Shown here one piece after another: positions 33,160 to 34,566 of a stretch of DNA of 34,566 nt. The notes under the pieces are model-generated. The model was not told the origin of the DNA. It worked only from the letters and a program-made list of their open reading frames with translations, and did no database searches. This stretch comes from Octopus bimaculoides (taxonomy: Eukaryota). The stretch spans positions 61,225,736 through 61,260,301 of the forward strand of contig NC_068991.1 of the NCBI RefSeq assembly GCF_001194135.2, read 5' to 3'. Within the stretch, counting starts at the first letter, position 1. Each line of letters opens with the position of its first letter. Position numbers and translations under genes: made by a program.

Positions 33160-33315
33160 GCATATGTGGCGATGGGTTAAAACGTTTGCTTTGCAATTGC
33201 ATGGTTTGCGGTTCAATCTCGCTATATGGCATCTTGGGCAAGTGTCTTCTAATACAGCCCTGAGCCCATCAAAGCCTTGTGAGAGGATTCGGTAGACAGA
33301 AAGTAGTCCATCATG
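33160..33315 (+). mobile_element. SINE family B, 5' half, diverged
   Basis: GGTTCAATCTC...ATCTTGGGCAAGTGTCTTCTAATACAGCC...AAAGCCTTGTGAGAGGATTCGGTAGACAG. Confidence 0.8.
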
Positions 33316-33796
33316 TATGTGTGTGTATGTGTGTGTGTGTGTGTGTGTGTGAGTGTGTATTTTGTGTAGTTTTTGGTTATGGCCAATCAGAATGTTTCCA
33401 TTGGTTTCACATCTCTTATTGTTTGCCTCTGGCCAGTGGGATTCATGGGTCTCCTATATTGTTAAGACTCCTATATTGCTAAAAACAACAATAGATATGA
33501 ACCCAATGGTTACTTTCTGACCAGACATAACCAGTGACCACATAAAATATTATCGGTCAAAAAATATTTAGAATGTGCTTTTTTTGTCTTGTGGACAACT
33601 AAACTGTTCTCATATATATATGTGTTATGATTCATGGATGGAATTTATAAATATATATAGATGTAGTTAGATAGATAGTTAGATTCAAATGAATTAGGTA
33701 CTTAAGTTGAGGCACCAGAATTTAGTATGGTATTATCCATACAGTTTCAAAATAAGGTGATTAAAATCGAAATAAGCAACAGGATGTCCAGAGGTA

Positions 33797-33884
33797 ATTC
33801 AGTACGATCGTTTCAAGCGACTCCATTTAATTGAACAATGCAATCATTACATCAATTTAAATACAAGGCTATCCTCAGCTGCAT
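33797..33884 (-). ncRNA. minimal type I hammerhead ribozyme, catalytic core intact
   Basis: Minus strand ATGCAG-CTGAGGA-TAGC..(long stem)..GCTT-GAAA-C-GATC-G-TA/CTGAAT. All conserved core nucleotides are present. Predicted cut after GUA, between 33803 and 33802. Confidence 0.8.
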
Positions 33885-33974
33885 AAATAAATAGAATTTT
33901 TCATCAGTTGGACACATTAATATAATTTTACTCAAATTCTCTAATAGAGCAAAATAATAATAATAATAACACAA

Positions 33975-34115
33975 GGATGGAATTCATGAATATTTTAATG
34001 TATCACTATGTGCATTTCCACAGATCACATGATTTTTGTGACCATAGTTCACATTCCTGGAATGATATGTGGAAATGCATGCAGTAATACAGTAAAATAT
34101 TTATAAATTCCATCC
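33975..34115. mobile_element. foldback/MITE-like element, 48-bp arms
   Basis: GGATGGAATTCATGAATATTTTAATGTATCACTATGTGCATTTCCACA against the reverse complement of the right arm: 41/48. Spacer about 45 bp. No clear TSD. Confidence 0.8.
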
Positions 34116-34566
34116 ATGAATCATTATTATTATCATTATATTTATCCTACGTTATATCGGCACAGTTCAGTGCAATCCCATGATATTGTTGTTGCAGGTT
34201 GGAATCACTCAGCCATAGCTGACATAATAACAAAGGAGCTTTCATATATGTACTTAAAAATATTTACCATAAATGAAATTAAAGGATATATATATATATG
34301 TATGTATATATATGGTACCATAATCCCATTGGTGCATATCGCCTAATAAATCTCTGATGGATTATTACCTGAAGATGTGGCAATGTTAGGTAAATATGTT
34401 ATTGCATAGTTTTATGCAATTTTGTGTGTTATTGCATTCCAATTTGTATGATGCGATGTGTCAATAATAAATTTGCTACTGAAATATGTGTAGTAATACC
34501 CAATTATCTATTTGTTTCATGTTATTATTATATACAATATATATGTATATATATATGTGTATATAT

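Noticed and set aside
277-33315. tRNA genes or a CRISPR-like array from the recurring ~30-bp motifs
   Set aside because: The motifs are internal parts of dispersed SINEs at irregular spacing and in both orientations. No head folds into a complete cloverleaf with a terminator.
73-34346. Most ORFs in the supplied track (poly-L/I/P, CV/YI/HT repeats, X-filled frames)
   Set aside because: They are translations of microsatellites, N gaps, SINEs or the antisense strand of transposon ORFs. None has a recognisable host-protein signature.
34365-34396. TTAC-CTGAAGA...GTAA
   Set aside because: Possible helix I, but no GAAA or helix III.

Overview
AT-rich, microsatellite-dense eukaryotic DNA with seven N-gaps. 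It is most likely an intronic or intergenic stretch of an octopus genome; this is inferred from the repeat make-up and was not checked by search. No host gene is recognisable; only weak micro-exon candidates exist. The window is a mosaic of decayed mobile elements: about 25 tRNA-type SINE pieces in three families (called A, B and C here), 5'-truncated RTE LINE ends, a Dong/R4-type LINE end inserted in (TAA)n, a dead mariner, a dead Tigger/pogo, a frameshifted Ty3/Gypsy (Mag-like) provirus with only its 3' LTR, a hAT end and two MITE/foldback elements. The most interesting signal is three minimal type I hammerhead-ribozyme motifs of the Penelope-like element (PLE) kind. One at 33797-33884 (-) has a complete catalytic core. 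One at 18848-18893 (-) lies downstream of a GIY-YIG-like C-terminus and has two core substitutions. One at 29617-29705 (+) has a mutated GAAA. Each carries a different palindromic helix III. PLE hammerheads are a known class, so novelty here would concern these particular variants and their activity. Element boundaries were read by eye and are approximate unless a TSD or TIR is quoted.
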